The notes below the pieces were generated by a model that was not told the DNA's origin, did no database searches, and was given only the letters and a program-made list of their open reading frames with translations. From contig CP128818.1 of the NCBI GenBank assembly GCA_051546255.1, positions 310,001 to 374,000 on the forward strand: DNA of 64,000 bases, given 5' to 3'. Position numbers and translations under genes: made by a program. Positions 43,156 through 56,600 of the stretch are shown here, piece by piece; the first letter of the stretch is position 1; each line of letters starts with the position of its first letter. The stretch is from Meyerozyma guilliermondii. Lineage: Eukaryota.

Positions 43156-45102
43156 ATGTTAGCTGCTAGAAACTCAGTTCGTAACTTGGCGGGCAAACGG
43201 TTGTTTGCTCGTGCAAACTCCACAGCTGCCCCCGGTGGTCCTGTCATTGGTATTGATTTGGGAACCACCAATTCCGCCGTGGCTATCATGGAGGGAAAGG
43301 TCCCAAAGATTATCGAAAACTCTGAAGGTGGAAGAACTACTCCTTCCATTGTTGCTTTCACCAAAGAAGGTGAGAGATTGGTTGGTATTCCTGCCAAGAG
43401 ACAAGCTGTCGTCAACCCAGAGAACACCTTGTTTGCCACCAAGAGATTGATCGGTCGTCGTTTCGAAGACAAGGAAGTCCAACGTGACTTGAACCAGGTT
43501 CCATACAAGATCGTTAAACACGAAAACGGTGATGCCTGGATTGAAGCTCGTGGCGAAAAGTACTCTCCTCAACAAATCGGAGGTTTCATCCTTAACAAGA
43601 TGAAGGAGACTGCCGAATCTTTCTTGAGTAAGCCAGTCAAGAACGCCGTCGTTACTTGTCCTGCTTACTTTAACGATGCCCAACGTCAAGCCACCAAAGA
43701 TGCCGGTAAGATTGTTGGTTTGAATGTGTTGAGAGTGGTCAACGAACCTACTGCTGCCGCTCTTGCTTACGGTTTGGAGAAGAACGATGGTCAAGTTGTG
43801 GCTGTTTTCGATTTGGGTGGTGGTACTTTCGATATCTCCATTTTGGATATCGGTGCTGGTGTTTTCGAAGTCAAGTCCACTAATGGTGACACTCACTTGG
43901 GTGGTGAAGATTTCGACATCGCTGTTGTTAGACAAATCGTAGACAACTTCAAGAAGGAGTCTGGTATCGACTTGTCTCAAGACAGAATGGCAATTCAACG
44001 TATCAGAGAAGCTGCTGAAAAGGCCAAGATCGAATTGTCTTCTACTGTCTCCACCGAAATCAACCTTCCATTTATCACTGCCGATGCTTCCGGTCCAAAG
44101 CATATCAACCAAAAGTTCTCTAGATCTCAATTTGAAAACTTGGTCGAGCCTTTGATTAAGAAGACCATCGAGCCATGTAAGAAGGCATTGAAGGATGCTG
44201 GTTTGTCCACTTCCGACATTTCCGAGGTCATCTTGGTTGGTGGTATGTCGAGAATGCCAAAGGTTATTGAAACCGTCAAGTCTATCTTTGGTAGAGATGC
44301 TTCTAAGGCTGTCAACCCCGATGAGGCTGTTGCTATGGGTGCTGCCATTCAAGGTGGTATTTTGGCTGGTGATGTTACCGACGTTGTGTTGTTGGATGTC
44401 ACCCCATTGTCATTGGGTATCGAGACCATGGGAGGTGTTTTCGCTAGATTGATCAACAGAAACACCACTATTCCAGCCAAGAAATCTCAAATCTTCTCTA
44501 CTGCATCCGCTGGTCAAACTTCCGTGGAAATCAGAGTGTTCCAAGGTGAGAGAGAATTGACTAGAGACAACAAGTTGATTGGTAACTTTACATTGTCTGG
44601 TATTCCACCAGCACCAAAGGGTGTTCCTCAAATTGAGGTCACTTTTGACATTGACACCGATGGTATTATCAAGGTGTCTGCCCGTGATAAGGCTTCTAAC
44701 AAGGATGCTTCCATCACTGTTGCTGGATCCTCTGGATTATCTGAATCTGAGATTGAGCAAATGGTGAATGATGCTGAGAAGTTTGCCGAGTCCGATAAGG
44801 CCAGAAGAGAGGCCATCGAGTCTGCCAACAGAGGAGATCAATTGTGTAACGACACCGAGAACTCTTTGAACGAGTTTAAGGACAAGATTGAATCTGCTGA
44901 TGCCGACAAGCTCAGAGCCCAAATTGGATCTTTGAGGGAAATTGTGGTTAAGGCCCAAGCCGGTGAAGAAGTCGATGCTAACGAGTTGAAGAGCAAGACT
45001 GAGGAGTTGCAGAATGAATCCTTGAAGGTGTTTGAGAAGTTGTACAAGAATAACGAATCGAACGAATCGAACAACTCTGGTTCTGAGGAGCCAAAGAACT
45101 GA
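43156..45102 (+). CDS. SSC1: Mitochondrial Hsp70
   Basis: Arg-rich presequence MLAARNSVR..., [18 protein letters not shown]; partial HSE (GAAnnTTC) at 43081-43088. Confidence 0.98.
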   Translation: MLAARNSVRNLAGKRLFARANSTAAPGGPVIGIDLGTTNSAVAIMEGKVPKIIENSEGGRTTPSIVAFTKEGERLVGIPAKRQAVVNPENTLFATKRLIGRRFEDKEVQRDLNQVPYKIVKHENGDAWIEARGEKYSPQQIGGFILNKMKETAESFLSKPVKNAVVTCPAYFNDAQRQATKDAGKIVGLNVLRVVNEPTAAALAYGLEKNDGQVVAVFDLGGGTFDISILDIGAGVFEVKSTNGDTHLGGEDFDIAVVRQIVDNFKKESGIDLSQDRMAIQRIREAAEKAKIELSSTVSTEINLPFITADASGPKHINQKFSRSQFENLVEPLIKKTIEPCKKALKDAGLSTSDISEVILVGGMSRMPKVIETVKSIFGRDASKAVNPDEAVAMGAAIQGGILAGDVTDVVLLDVTPLSLGIETMGGVFARLINRNTTIPAKKSQIFSTASAGQTSVEIRVFQGERELTRDNKLIGNFTLSGIPPAPKGVPQIEVTFDIDTDGIIKVSARDKASNKDASITVAGSSGLSESEIEQMVNDAEKFAESDKARREAIESANRGDQLCNDTENSLNEFKDKIESADADKLRAQIGSLREIVVKAQAGEEVDANELKSKTEELQNESLKVFEKLYKNNESNESNNSGSEEPKN

Positions 45103-45333
45103 TGTATAGTGTCTTGTAAATATGTTCAGTATAATGCTGTTTTGATAGGTGTAGAAGAAGAAGCAGGTAAAAGAGGAGCCATGGTTAGATCTATGAAAAC
45201 GGATTGCCTGCAATAGCTAGTCTCATTGTCAAGTATGTTCTTTAAAAAATTGTACAACTTGTTCTTATTTGTCAATCTCAGTAATTGTATTGGCTTGTTA
45301 GTGAACATGTGATTATTATACCATGTAAAATTC

Positions 45334-45600
45334 AAGTCAATTCTAGTTTCTTGAATATGTCAATTCAACTTTTGAATAATTGAACTCTAATTCTTTGAAA
45401 AGTCAATTCTACTTTCAAATAAGTAATTCTTAATTTCTCGAATAATAAGTCAATTTTACTTTTGATTAAGTCAATTCTTAATCTTTTGTATGAGTCAATT
45501 CTACTTCTGAATATGTTAATTTTAATCTCTTGAATATGTCAATTCTACTTCTGAATAAGTCAATTCTACTTCAAATAAGTCACTTCTACTTTGAATAAGC
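45334..45600 (+). repeat. AT-rich minisatellite, about 12 units of 20-24 bp (AAGTCAATTCTACTT(T/C)TGAAT)
   Basis: Repeated GTCAATTCT cores between two convergent 3' ends. Confidence 0.9.
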
Positions 45601-45872
45601 AAAGGTTTATATTTCTCACAATTTATGGTTGCAAGCATTTTGTAAATTATCGTATTTTTCAAAGCTTATTAGCTTCTTCACTATATATTATATGCCTCCA
45701 CCGTGCCATTAATCCATTGTATGCTTTGTTTTATCCATTCATTTCATCCATTCATGCTATTTTGCTAAGGCGATGTTCAGTCATAATCATTATACTGAAC
45801 ATTAATCTTAAGAACATTAATGTCAGAAAATCAATTCTTAAATCATTTTGTCATAAGAAATCAATCTCCAGT

Positions 45873-47597
45873 TTATTCTCTGCTATGCCCATTGAGGTCC
45901 ATTTGGACTCCCGGTGACCGTCGAAGCGAGCCCAAGCTGGGAGTAACACTTTTTTGCAATTTGTGACGACGCACTGTTCCGTATCTTTTCATAGCGGACA
46001 ACTCTGAAGACTCAGTTGAGTTTGAATTTTTAGACAGAAAACTTTGAGAATTGGACTGATTTGTTTGGTGAGAATAGTCAGATTCCAGATTTTGCGAAGT
46101 AACCGACACTCCATCGGAGTCATAGTCAAGCATTTCTCCCAACATTGAGCGCCTGTGGAGTACATTCTGGCTAAATTCAGACCCTTCCAGAATACTTGAT
46201 CCCGAAAAATCAGAAACGGTTTCGTATTCTGAAGATGAATCCCCCACATTTTTCACCACTGCCTGATACGAGGCCCGCGGCATTTGGGTGCGAATTGCAC
46301 TTAAACGATGAAGAAGTGGATCTTGACCAGCCAAGTAGTTTTGAAACTGGTTGATTTCCTGCCGCAAAAGCACTCGCCGACATACAACATGGGCAAGATA
46401 CTGGCGCCAAAGTTCAATGGTGTCGTTGGTGTCGTCGAAAAGTGGAGCTGTCATGCTCCTCCGCACAAAATGGGGAGGAACTGGAGGAGGTGTGGAGGAC
46501 GAGGCCAGGGACCGGCGAGAGCCAGAAGCTGGAGGCTGGGAAGCCGAAACTGGAAGCTGTGAATTTTGATTCAAATTCTGCAAGTTTTGCAAATTTTGCA
46601 TTTCTTGATTTTTTGCATTTTTCATTTTTTGGTTTTCCTCCATCCTTTTTTGCGGACTCCTTGACCGAAGATGCACCGGGTACGCCCCCGCCATCAGCTT
46701 GAGGTTTTCGTCGAGAAAAGGAACCGTTTCCGGTGCAACACCAAGACGGCGATTTGGGTGCGAAATGCTCACTTTTCTTTTTCCATGGCGCTTAACGCTG
46801 CCCGTCCGTTTGGACGAGGCGAAAAAACGATACTTGAGCTTTTTCGCCAACCGAGCGAGTCTGATTCGCAACCGGTAGAACCATCCACCCTGCTTGATGC
46901 GCACTGCATTTTGACGTGAAAGCGTCGAACCTTCACTTGCAGCGGCATGCAGATGGGGCCGTTGTCGGCGCCGGGTGGCTCTGCGGTTAATAAGCTGGTC
47001 TCTGGTGGAAAAAATTGTAGCTTGAGACCCCATAGATTCTGAAATGTTGGTGGAAGACCGGGCTACTGCGCTGTGGCCGAAACCAGATGTTAACGACTGG
47101 GTTGCAGTTCCGGTCTTATTTTGACGTGACGCACGAGAAAACGTCCGCCGTTTAAGCCGACGCTCTCTCAGCTGTTCGCTGACACTTAGCGAGTTGAGTG
47201 AAAGATTATCGAGTCTCTGGGCCACATAGGGGTTTTGCTGGTCAAGTATGAACTGGGAAAATCTTTTAGGGACCTGATTGAAAGTATCGTCATTCCGAGG
47301 GGTGTCAACTTTGACAGGTGCACCTGCAATGCCAGATGATCGATTTCCGGTGGAAGTTCCCAAATTAAGATGTGAAGTATTGGTATACTGAGGTTGTCCA
47401 CGAAGCAAGCTGACGGTATCAAGAGAGCTGTGATGGTCACTAATGTTATAATATGGCACCGAATTGGGAAGTGAAGTGGACGAGGCCGATTCAACTTCCA
47501 ACCGATTCATGGTTTCCGGGGTTGGTGAGGTCGGAATTTGAGATCCGGTCATTCCTATAGTCTGTTGAAGCGACTTATTTCTGTGATATCGACTCAT
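45873..47597 (-). CDS. Ser/Arg-rich 574-aa protein, possibly an Aim44/Gps1 orthologue
   Basis: Long ATG-initiated ORF, mostly low-complexity, with a helical ELWRQYL...RRVLLRQEI block. The name is suggested only by proximity to TGS1 and PEP4. Confidence 0.6.
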   Translation of the reverse strand: MSRYHRNKSLQQTIGMTGSQIPTSPTPETMNRLEVESASSTSLPNSVPYYNISDHHSSLDTVSLLRGQPQYTNTSHLNLGTSTGNRSSGIAGAPVKVDTPRNDDTFNQVPKRFSQFILDQQNPYVAQRLDNLSLNSLSVSEQLRERRLKRRTFSRASRQNKTGTATQSLTSGFGHSAVARSSTNISESMGSQATIFSTRDQLINRRATRRRQRPHLHAAASEGSTLSRQNAVRIKQGGWFYRLRIRLARLAKKLKYRFFASSKRTGSVKRHGKRKVSISHPNRRLGVAPETVPFLDENLKLMAGAYPVHLRSRSPQKRMEENQKMKNAKNQEMQNLQNLQNLNQNSQLPVSASQPPASGSRRSLASSSTPPPVPPHFVRRSMTAPLFDDTNDTIELWRQYLAHVVCRRVLLRQEINQFQNYLAGQDPLLHRLSAIRTQMPRASYQAVVKNVGDSSSEYETVSDFSGSSILEGSEFSQNVLHRRSMLGEMLDYDSDGVSVTSQNLESDYSHQTNQSNSQSFLSKNSNSTESSELSAMKRYGTVRRHKLQKSVTPSLGSLRRSPGVQMDLNGHSRE

Positions 47598-47798
47598 GTT
47601 ATATCACCAGCCTGAAATGCGTCAGGGAGATCAATGATGTGATTTGGGTGATCTACGGCGGTTTTGTGCAGCAGCCAAAAGGCTGGCTACCAGCCACCCG
47701 GTGCACTGGATGTAGATCTTTCAGGTGCACTGGATGCACCGATAAGCATTGTTGCTGCAAATGAAACGAAAACTAGATTAAAACAAACTATACCTGAT

Positions 47799-49043
<1,245 letters not shown>

Positions 49044-49217
49044 TTAGGTGACCTATGTACTGCCAGCGCCAATTATCGGCAGGACCCTAGATGCAGGAAG
49101 GAACCAATCCGGCAGAAAATTTACTGAATGTGTGCTAAATTTGTCGGCCGTAGCCGGTGCCCTTTTCCTGCACATATCCCAACCTACCTCGGTACATTTT
49201 GCTGCAAAATTCATCTC

Positions 49218-50588
49218 ATGTTCAAGTCCTATGTATCGTTGCTGGCCCCCCAGGCACCGTTGAAGCTTGCGGGTCGAGAAGGGGGGTTATTGACCCTCCC
49301 GGAAATCATACTGAGCTCTGTTCCCGAGTTGAATGAAGGCGCGTCATTTTGGACAAATCCGTTGCTTCCATCGGGTCATCTTCAAACCGCCTATACTGCT
49401 TTAAATAAATTTGAAAACGTCGATAAGGTCCACTATAAGCGGCATGTGCTCCAAATGAAGAACCTCCGCTACCAGGTGGGTGAGGATTTCCTCAACTACG
49501 ACCAGTGGAGTGGCAAATCCACCTTTTGCATCGACTATGCCGTGCCCGAATCCATGTCGGATCCGGACCATGAAAAGTATCGTCCAGAATCTCAGACCAA
49601 AGAGCTTCCGCCACGCACGGAATACCTCAACCCCGAGACGGAATTTGACTTGCTTTCCGACGATTCCAAGCCACTAATCATCTGTCTTCATGGTCTCTCT
49701 GGTGGTTCCTACGAACTGTACATCCGTGCTTTCGTGTCCAGAGTTACCGAGTACAATTTCGATGCCTTGGTTTTGAACGCTCGTGGCTGTGCAAACCACA
49801 CCATCACCACGCCTCAGCTCTTCAACGGGCTCTGGACCAACGACTTGCGGTATCTTATCAACGAGCATATCAGCAAAAAATGGCCCAATAAACGGATATA
49901 CCTTATCGGTTTTTCTCTAGGTGGAGCTATCACCGCCAACTACTTGGGTCAGGAATTTGACCAAGTTTACCACAATATTAAGGGAGCAGCTACCGTTGGT
50001 ACTCCTTGGGACTTTCCCGATTCGCTGATTCTCTTACGAGAAAGTCTTTTGGGCCACCATATCTACTCGCCTGCCATGTGCCAGAACCTCCTCAAGTTGT
50101 TGAATGAACACTACGAAGGACATTTGAAATCAGACCCGGCAGTTGAAGAATTCAAAAAAAACCCAGCTGCTTATAGTGTGAACAGATTGAGAGATTTCGA
50201 CGACGCTTTCACATCCAGACTCTTTGGTTTCAACGGCGCCAACGATTACTACCGTCTTGCATCGCCAGTGCAGCGCTTGCACAAAGTTCGAGTTCCATTG
50301 ATCATTCTTAGTTCCAAAGATGATCCTATTACCGGCTACCGTACTCTTCCTCATGACGAAGTCAAGCAAAATCCTTATACACTCCTCATCACTACTACTG
50401 TGGGAGGACATTTGGGATGGTTTACTCTCACAGGAAAAAGGTGGTATGCTGATCCTATGGCTAAATTGATGAAGCAGTTGGATGAACATACTTGGTCAAA
50501 AGAAAGTGTTCCCCAAACCGATTTGCCCCGTGATTTGTCCAAGGTTTTCAAACACGACAGACTTGTACAAGAGGTTTCGACGCTCTAA
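49218..50588 (+). CDS. Alpha/beta hydrolase, Eht1/Eeb1/Mgl2 family
   Basis: GHLQT, LHGLSGGS, NARGC, GFSLG nucleophile, DDP, GGHLGW. The alternative upstream ATG is at 49128. Confidence 0.9.
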   Translation: MFKSYVSLLAPQAPLKLAGREGGLLTLPEIILSSVPELNEGASFWTNPLLPSGHLQTAYTALNKFENVDKVHYKRHVLQMKNLRYQVGEDFLNYDQWSGKSTFCIDYAVPESMSDPDHEKYRPESQTKELPPRTEYLNPETEFDLLSDDSKPLIICLHGLSGGSYELYIRAFVSRVTEYNFDALVLNARGCANHTITTPQLFNGLWTNDLRYLINEHISKKWPNKRIYLIGFSLGGAITANYLGQEFDQVYHNIKGAATVGTPWDFPDSLILLRESLLGHHIYSPAMCQNLLKLLNEHYEGHLKSDPAVEEFKKNPAAYSVNRLRDFDDAFTSRLFGFNGANDYYRLASPVQRLHKVRVPLIILSSKDDPITGYRTLPHDEVKQNPYTLLITTTVGGHLGWFTLTGKRWYADPMAKLMKQLDEHTWSKESVPQTDLPRDLSKVFKHDRLVQEVSTL

Positions 50589-51266
50589 AATGGACCAAAT
50601 ACCTTGTTGCTTGGTATACCTGTTGCCTGGTATGTCTTCTTCATGTCCTGTATATGCGCATGTCAATTGCAACACAAATCTCAACTAAGAACCTGCCACT
50701 AAGTCATGGACTACAGATGGATCAAACAGGTGAGAGCGCTTCCGTCACACCATTCACATAACGACGTCTTGAAGACAGACTATATAGATGTAAATTTGAA
50801 AAATCTGCGAAAACTCATCCACAATTTGAACGATCTTGCTGATTCTATAAATTCGAATTTGCCGAGCGATACGTCTCCCGAACGCCAAATTGCTTCCGAA
50901 ATGCTTCCTTTGCACCAGGTGAAGGAGGAGATGTCGTGGATCAATGAAACTAGAGACAGAAGTGAATGAAACCAAGCATTAATTAAAATTACCCTACATT
51001 GTTTGACTACGATATCGTGGATTATGGATTGAAGAAAAGGTACGAGAGATACGAGAAATGGACGTTTTCAAGAGCGATTCGTGAATGTTTTGCAATAATG
51101 AGCCACAAAGAGAAAATATACCGTTCACTGAATCTTGACGATTGCAAAAACTACTACAATTCAGAAAGAGATACCATGAAATGAACACCAAAACTAATGA
51201 ACCAAAACTAATGAACAAAACTGACTGAATTGAATGAAGTGAATGACACTGAGCAGGAAATCTAGT

Positions 51267-52427
51267 CTATGGTTCTTCCTCCTCAATATCAAACTCTTCT
51301 AGTGGTATGCTGGTATACTGGGTATCGGTGTCTTCCGGTTTGTATTTGATCACCACGAATGCATTCACCATAATCACCACAATTCCAGTAAGACTCAACC
51401 AGCCAGGAACATGTCCAAATACCACAAGATCACAGATCAACGAGAATATCATGCTAGTGTAACTTGTGAGAGCAGCTTTCGACGCCTTGACTCTTTGCAC
51501 TCCAGCAGCCAAAGCTATTTGCATAGCAAAACCAAAGATTCCAATCAACAAAAAATAGAAGATTTGCTTGGCGGTTTTAGGGAACACAAACGAAAGAGAA
51601 GGTACGGCCAAAAGGCCAAATCCGCTCATGACGGCGGTCACCAGTGAATGGTAACTAACGGTGATTAGAGGATGAGCATTCATGCCAATCTTCCGAAGAA
51701 TAATGTATACGGAAGACGATGCTAGGACTCCCAAGAGACCGAGGCCCGTAGCAATGAGCCTCTTTTCTGTGGAGCTGGATTCCAACAGTTCATCGTTACT
51801 TTTCGCAGCCTCACCAAAAAGAAAATTTGGTTTTGCAATAAGCAATACACCCACCAATGAGAATAGCGAGCAGGCTCCCTCGAGGATGGAATATCTCTCG
51901 CGGAGCAACATGTACGCCAAAAATGCTGTCACCATAGGCACCAAAAAAGTGATGGCTACAGCATCCGATAATGTGAGATACATGAGCGAATAGTAGAGAC
52001 CAAACACTCCAAAAAAACCCACGGCGCCACGAACCACCAACAACGGTCTTATTTCTTTCGGTCCGAACGGAGCGTCTGGGATCGACTTGTTGAAATACAT
52101 GTATATCACACAACAAACGTATGTCACCACCATTCGTACGAACAAAATTTGAAGAGGATGGATGGGTTTTGCAAACAGTTTATCCATTTCCAACAACTTG
52201 CAAGTGGTAACCATCACCGCATTGAATGCCTGAGTTATCAACAAATAAAACAACCCCAAATTCGACTCCGATAAATGAAAAAACTGTGGCCGTCTTGCAT
52301 TGATATACGAGTGTGCCGCAGATAGTTTGGAATGAAATTTGTCAAAGTATGTAGAGTTGTGATGAGCTATCTGCGGCGAACTTAGCAGGAGATCAAATGA
52401 GCTGGAACTAGAAGGAGGTGGATCCAT
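51267..52427 (-). CDS. EamA/DMT-family membrane transporter (YMR253C-like)
   Basis: HPLQILFVRM, RGAVGFFGVFG.YYSL.YL.LSDA, IAKPNFLFG; about 10 TM segments. Confidence 0.88.
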   Translation of the reverse strand: MDPPPSSSSSFDLLLSSPQIAHHNSTYFDKFHSKLSAAHSYINARRPQFFHLSESNLGLFYLLITQAFNAVMVTTCKLLEMDKLFAKPIHPLQILFVRMVVTYVCCVIYMYFNKSIPDAPFGPKEIRPLLVVRGAVGFFGVFGLYYSLMYLTLSDAVAITFLVPMVTAFLAYMLLRERYSILEGACSLFSLVGVLLIAKPNFLFGEAAKSNDELLESSSTEKRLIATGLGLLGVLASSSVYIILRKIGMNAHPLITVSYHSLVTAVMSGFGLLAVPSLSFVFPKTAKQIFYFLLIGIFGFAMQIALAAGVQRVKASKAALTSYTSMIFSLICDLVVFGHVPGWLSLTGIVVIMVNAFVVIKYKPEDTDTQYTSIPLEEFDIEEEEP

Positions 52428-52952
52428 AGATCAATGAGTAATGAAGAGGGAATTCGGGGCGATGACGTTATCATGCCGCACCATGCACGAAATTAAGCCG
52501 CAATAGGAAAGGAGCCGTTTGACAGGTTGCGGTAATCAAGAAATAAATGGGATACAGAAAAGTGTTGATGATTACTACGTTCTTGTTAGAATGATTTTTG
52601 TTTTAATGATTTCTGTATAAATGATTATTGTTTGAGATAATTTGACAATGCCGACTATTCAATGAACGAGGCTGCAACAATGTAAACGAAACAAGTGAAA
52701 AATTAGCGAAGAAGCCAAATTGATATTCTTACGGCTATAAACTCCATGTTTGTGAAGCTGTATTTTCTTTGAACAGCCTCGACCCAAAAAAAAGTCTTCT
52801 AAGTGACTTGCTGCCCGCAGTCTTGGCTTCTAAATGCCCAATTGACTCAAAAATGACAATAACTGGATAGAACATTGACCAGTAAACCCGCCTTCATCCT
52901 ATTACCTTTTTCTTTCCGTCCCTTTTTTGTTTCCTTTCCTTCCTTTTCTACC

Positions 52953-53513
52953 TTATAGTATCGTGCAGCATTTGCTACCGTCTCTCTCGTTCACCAACAA
53001 ACTTGTTCTCGTGGCATATTCAAATATGTCGTCTACTCCCTCTCCTGTAAGTGCTGAGCTCTCCATGTAAACCTTGGCACCCATTTCACGAGCTGCTTGT
53101 TCTCCCATATGTACTTGAACGTATCGAGAGTCTGCAGTCGATTTACGAAGATCTTTCTTCAATCCTATTAGCATATAGGCTGTCTTTGGACAATATTTCT
53201 TCACTTCATCCACCCATTTGGTTCGGGCATTATCTAGTGAATCACGGTCGTCTATAGCAAATCCTATAAGGATGGTATGGGAATTATGATAACTTAAAGG
53301 TCGGAGTCTTTCGTATTCTTCTTGTCCAGCAGTATCCCATAAAGCCAACTGGACCGGTTTCCCATCGATTCTACAATCTGTGACGTAATTTTCAAAAACT
53401 GTAGGATGATATTCGGTTGGAAATTCTCCAAGTGTGAACACATACAAAAGAGAGGTTTTCCCGCAGGCTCCGTCACCCACAATGACAATTTTTCGCCTTA
53501 CTAGTGCATCCAT
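52953..53513 (-). CDS. RHO2: Rho-family GTPase Rho2
   Basis: GDGACGKT, EYHPTVFENY, WDTAGQEEY, C-terminal CCTIL. Confidence 0.95.
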   Translation of the reverse strand: MDALVRRKIVIVGDGACGKTSLLYVFTLGEFPTEYHPTVFENYVTDCRIDGKPVQLALWDTAGQEEYERLRPLSYHNSHTILIGFAIDDRDSLDNARTKWVDEVKKYCPKTAYMLIGLKKDLRKSTADSRYVQVHMGEQAAREMGAKVYMESSALTGEGVDDIFEYATRTSLLVNERDGSKCCTIL

Positions 53514-53665
53514 CTGACCAGCGTTTATTTGTATCCGGGCTTATCCCGACAAAATTTCGTCACGCCCTATATTCTCTGTCTCACAAACTAAACTACGTAT
53601 TGTCACTATTCCTATAGAGCGCACCCATACACCGCAATTGCTAAAATGGTTGCAAGGTTCTTTTC

Positions 53666-56600
53666 TCAATTCCAGAGACTGCTCCTCAATGAAGCCTTGA
53701 TATGGCTCACAGCGCCATAGTCGTCGTACACATAATCGAAACGATAACTAGACTCGATATCGTCTCGACACAGCCCGAGAAATTGGCTGAAACTGACTTC
53801 CATAGACAACACCAAAATCGTGGTTTGATAGAGTTTAACGGCAGCAGCTAAACCGTACTCTAGCTGGTTGGAGTTCTGTAGAAGCATAAATGCCTGGTAA
53901 GCAGCCGTGCGAATCATCTCGTTGTCTACGTTGGCTGGGAAGGGTTGCGGCAACGGGACGGACATCGAAGGGCTCATCCCAGGAAGAGAATTTGCAGCAA
54001 GATTTCCAGGAAGACTACCTGGAATTGAGCCGGAAAGATTTCCTGGAAGTGAGCCAGAAAGATTTCCTGGAATTGAGCTAGGAATTGAGCCAGGAATTGA
54101 GTTTCCGGAAAGTGAGTTTCGAGAAATTGGAGGAAGGGAATTTCCTGGAAGTGAGTTTCCTGGGGTACCCGCAATTGAAGCAGAACCATTTTCCTTCTCA
54201 AGAGAAAGTCCCTGAATTCCATTGATTCCAGATTGGAGTCCCATGCCCATTGTGGTATTTGCAAGAGTTGGAGTTTGTGAACCCCAGATACTTGCAGAGC
54301 CACCAATTGTTCCTGAACCAATAGTTCCTGATCCCATAGTTCCTGATCCAATACTTCCTCCACTCATCGAGCTGTTTCCCCAGATAGAGTTATTTCTCGA
54401 GCCCCAAACACCTTCGCTAAACGGACTAAAGTTGTTCACCGGCTGGCCCCAGAGCAGTCCTCTAGCCGATTGGGGCATTTGAGCTTGAGTGGGCATAGCT
54501 GGAGCAGTCACCGGGGATCGTATTTGGTCCATATCCAAGAAAGGTTGACTTGGAGGCTGAATGGGTAGTTGGGAGATAGACTGAGAAGGCTGAGACAGAA
54601 TGTGAGACATTGGCTGTTGGCCCAAAGAAAGCTGTTCAAGTCCACTCAGAATGGCGTTTTGAAGATCGTGTGTTGGATCGAGAGAAGACACAGAATTATC
54701 TTGACGAGAAGAGATGGGATCAGAAACGCTGGGATTAGACTGGCTTGTCTGCGAAGGGGGAGCTTGTGGCTTTTCTTGAGTTTGTTCAACTTTTGGCTGT
54801 TGCTCCTTCTTCAACTGTTCCTTCTTTTCCATCATTTCTCGTTCCTCCTTCTCTTTCAGTTCCCGCTCCTTTTTCTCCTTCAACTCTCTTTCCTTTCGCT
54901 CCTTCTCTTCTTGCTTCTTCTTTTCAGCTTCCTTTTTCAATCGCAACTCTTCGATCCGCTTCCTCTTTTCCTCTTCCTTCTTCTGCCTTGCTTCTTCCTT
55001 GCGACGCTTTTGTTCAGCACGCAATTCTTCCTGCTTCAACCGCAATTCTTCTTCACGAGCTCTTTCTTCTTCCTCCTTTCGCCTACGCTCTTCATCTTTC
55101 GCAACTTGTTGAAGCCGTTTCTTCTCTTTCGCTTTTTCCTTTTGCTTCAACTTCTTGAGCTCTTTCTCCTTCTTGGCGTTCTCTTCGGCTTCAAGCTCTT
55201 CTATCAACCTTCTCGTTCGATCCTGAGAAAGTTTTTCCTTGTAAGCGTTCTTCAACCGCTCTTGAAAAAGCTTGATAACCTGGATCAAGAATAACCGTCG
55301 TATCTCCTGCATCTTTTCTTCCTCTGATATCTCGGATTCCGTGTCGCTGAGTTCCTCATCATACTCTTGATTGTCGTATTCAGGATCGTCATAGGTGTCG
55401 TAGTCGTACTCTTCTTCAAGCCGGTCTCGAAGCTCACTGAGCTGGTTGATACGCTGATCAACGTACTGTCCCACTACCTCCTTCGGCTGATTTTGTATAT
55501 CTTCTGGAATGACAGGTTCTTCATCATGCAATTCCTCGATTTGTTCTCGAACCGTTCCCGGTTGTTCTTGCTGATTGCTGTGATCCTCTATTTCCTGAAG
55601 AGACTTGAGAAGGTCGGCTCGTTCTGACCGAGATCCAGAAAGTGCTTCCACCATTTCCACAAACGATTTACCATCATTATTGAGAAAATCGTTGGCAATT
55701 TTGTGTATGCCATTGGCAAAGTTTTCGTGAAACTGTTCTTGTTTCCCCAGAGTCATATCGTTAAACCCCCCCGAGATCATCTCGCCAAAGTCCTTGAGAA
55801 AAGCGGTTTTTTTGTCATCATTTTCCCGATCAGAACCTTCAGAAGATCCATTACCGGGATTAACTTGATTTCCAGCCTCTTGTATTTCCTGGAAGAGCTG
55901 CGAGCATTTATTCCACGAGGCGCCGGGGTTCTCTTGAAGGAACTTTTCTAGAAGCCCAGCTACAGCATTCGTCCATGGAGATGGAGACGAAACACTTTCA
56001 GAGTGGCTTGGGGTGGAGACATTGGAAGTTGTCGTGGGTTCTGGAGGACCGTCGGTGGAAGAAGTGATGGGTGATATGCGGGTTTGGGGTTGTAGGTCGG
56101 TTGAGCGACGACGGGCTCTGGTTTTCTTCATTCGATGTTCTTCTTCCAACATGTGGAAACCACCGAAAAGTAGCCCGGGCAATGCATTCAAATCCTTGAT
56201 ATCTCGCACTTCGTGAATAAAATCAATAATATCGTCGAAATGATTGTCGTATATCATCTCTAGCTCGGCTTCGATGATGCTGCTCCGACGACCACACGAA
56301 CTACAAGTACACCCATGGTGAGGGGTTCCTGCCAAGGATGTGGAGCTGGAAGCAGGACTATGGTGGGTGGGTTGTCCTCCTTGCTGGTTCGACGAAAATG
56401 TTCGAAACAAGTCCAAGATCAGCTTCTTGTCGATCTTGACAAGCTTGACTTTTTCCGGTTCTTCCAACGATTCCCAAAACCTCTTCAAGTCCTCCTGCTC
56501 CTCGATTGTCAGGTTGTCCCATATGGTGGCGCTGAGATTGCTGTGGTGATCGTGGTGCTCATCTTCAAGACTTTCCACGATGACATCGCCATTTGGTGCC

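Noticed and set aside
43174..44352. 392-aa antisense ORF in SSC1
   Set aside because: Typical antisense open frame caused by Hsp70 codon bias. The same applies to shadow ORFs within SPT16, DBF2 and NST1.
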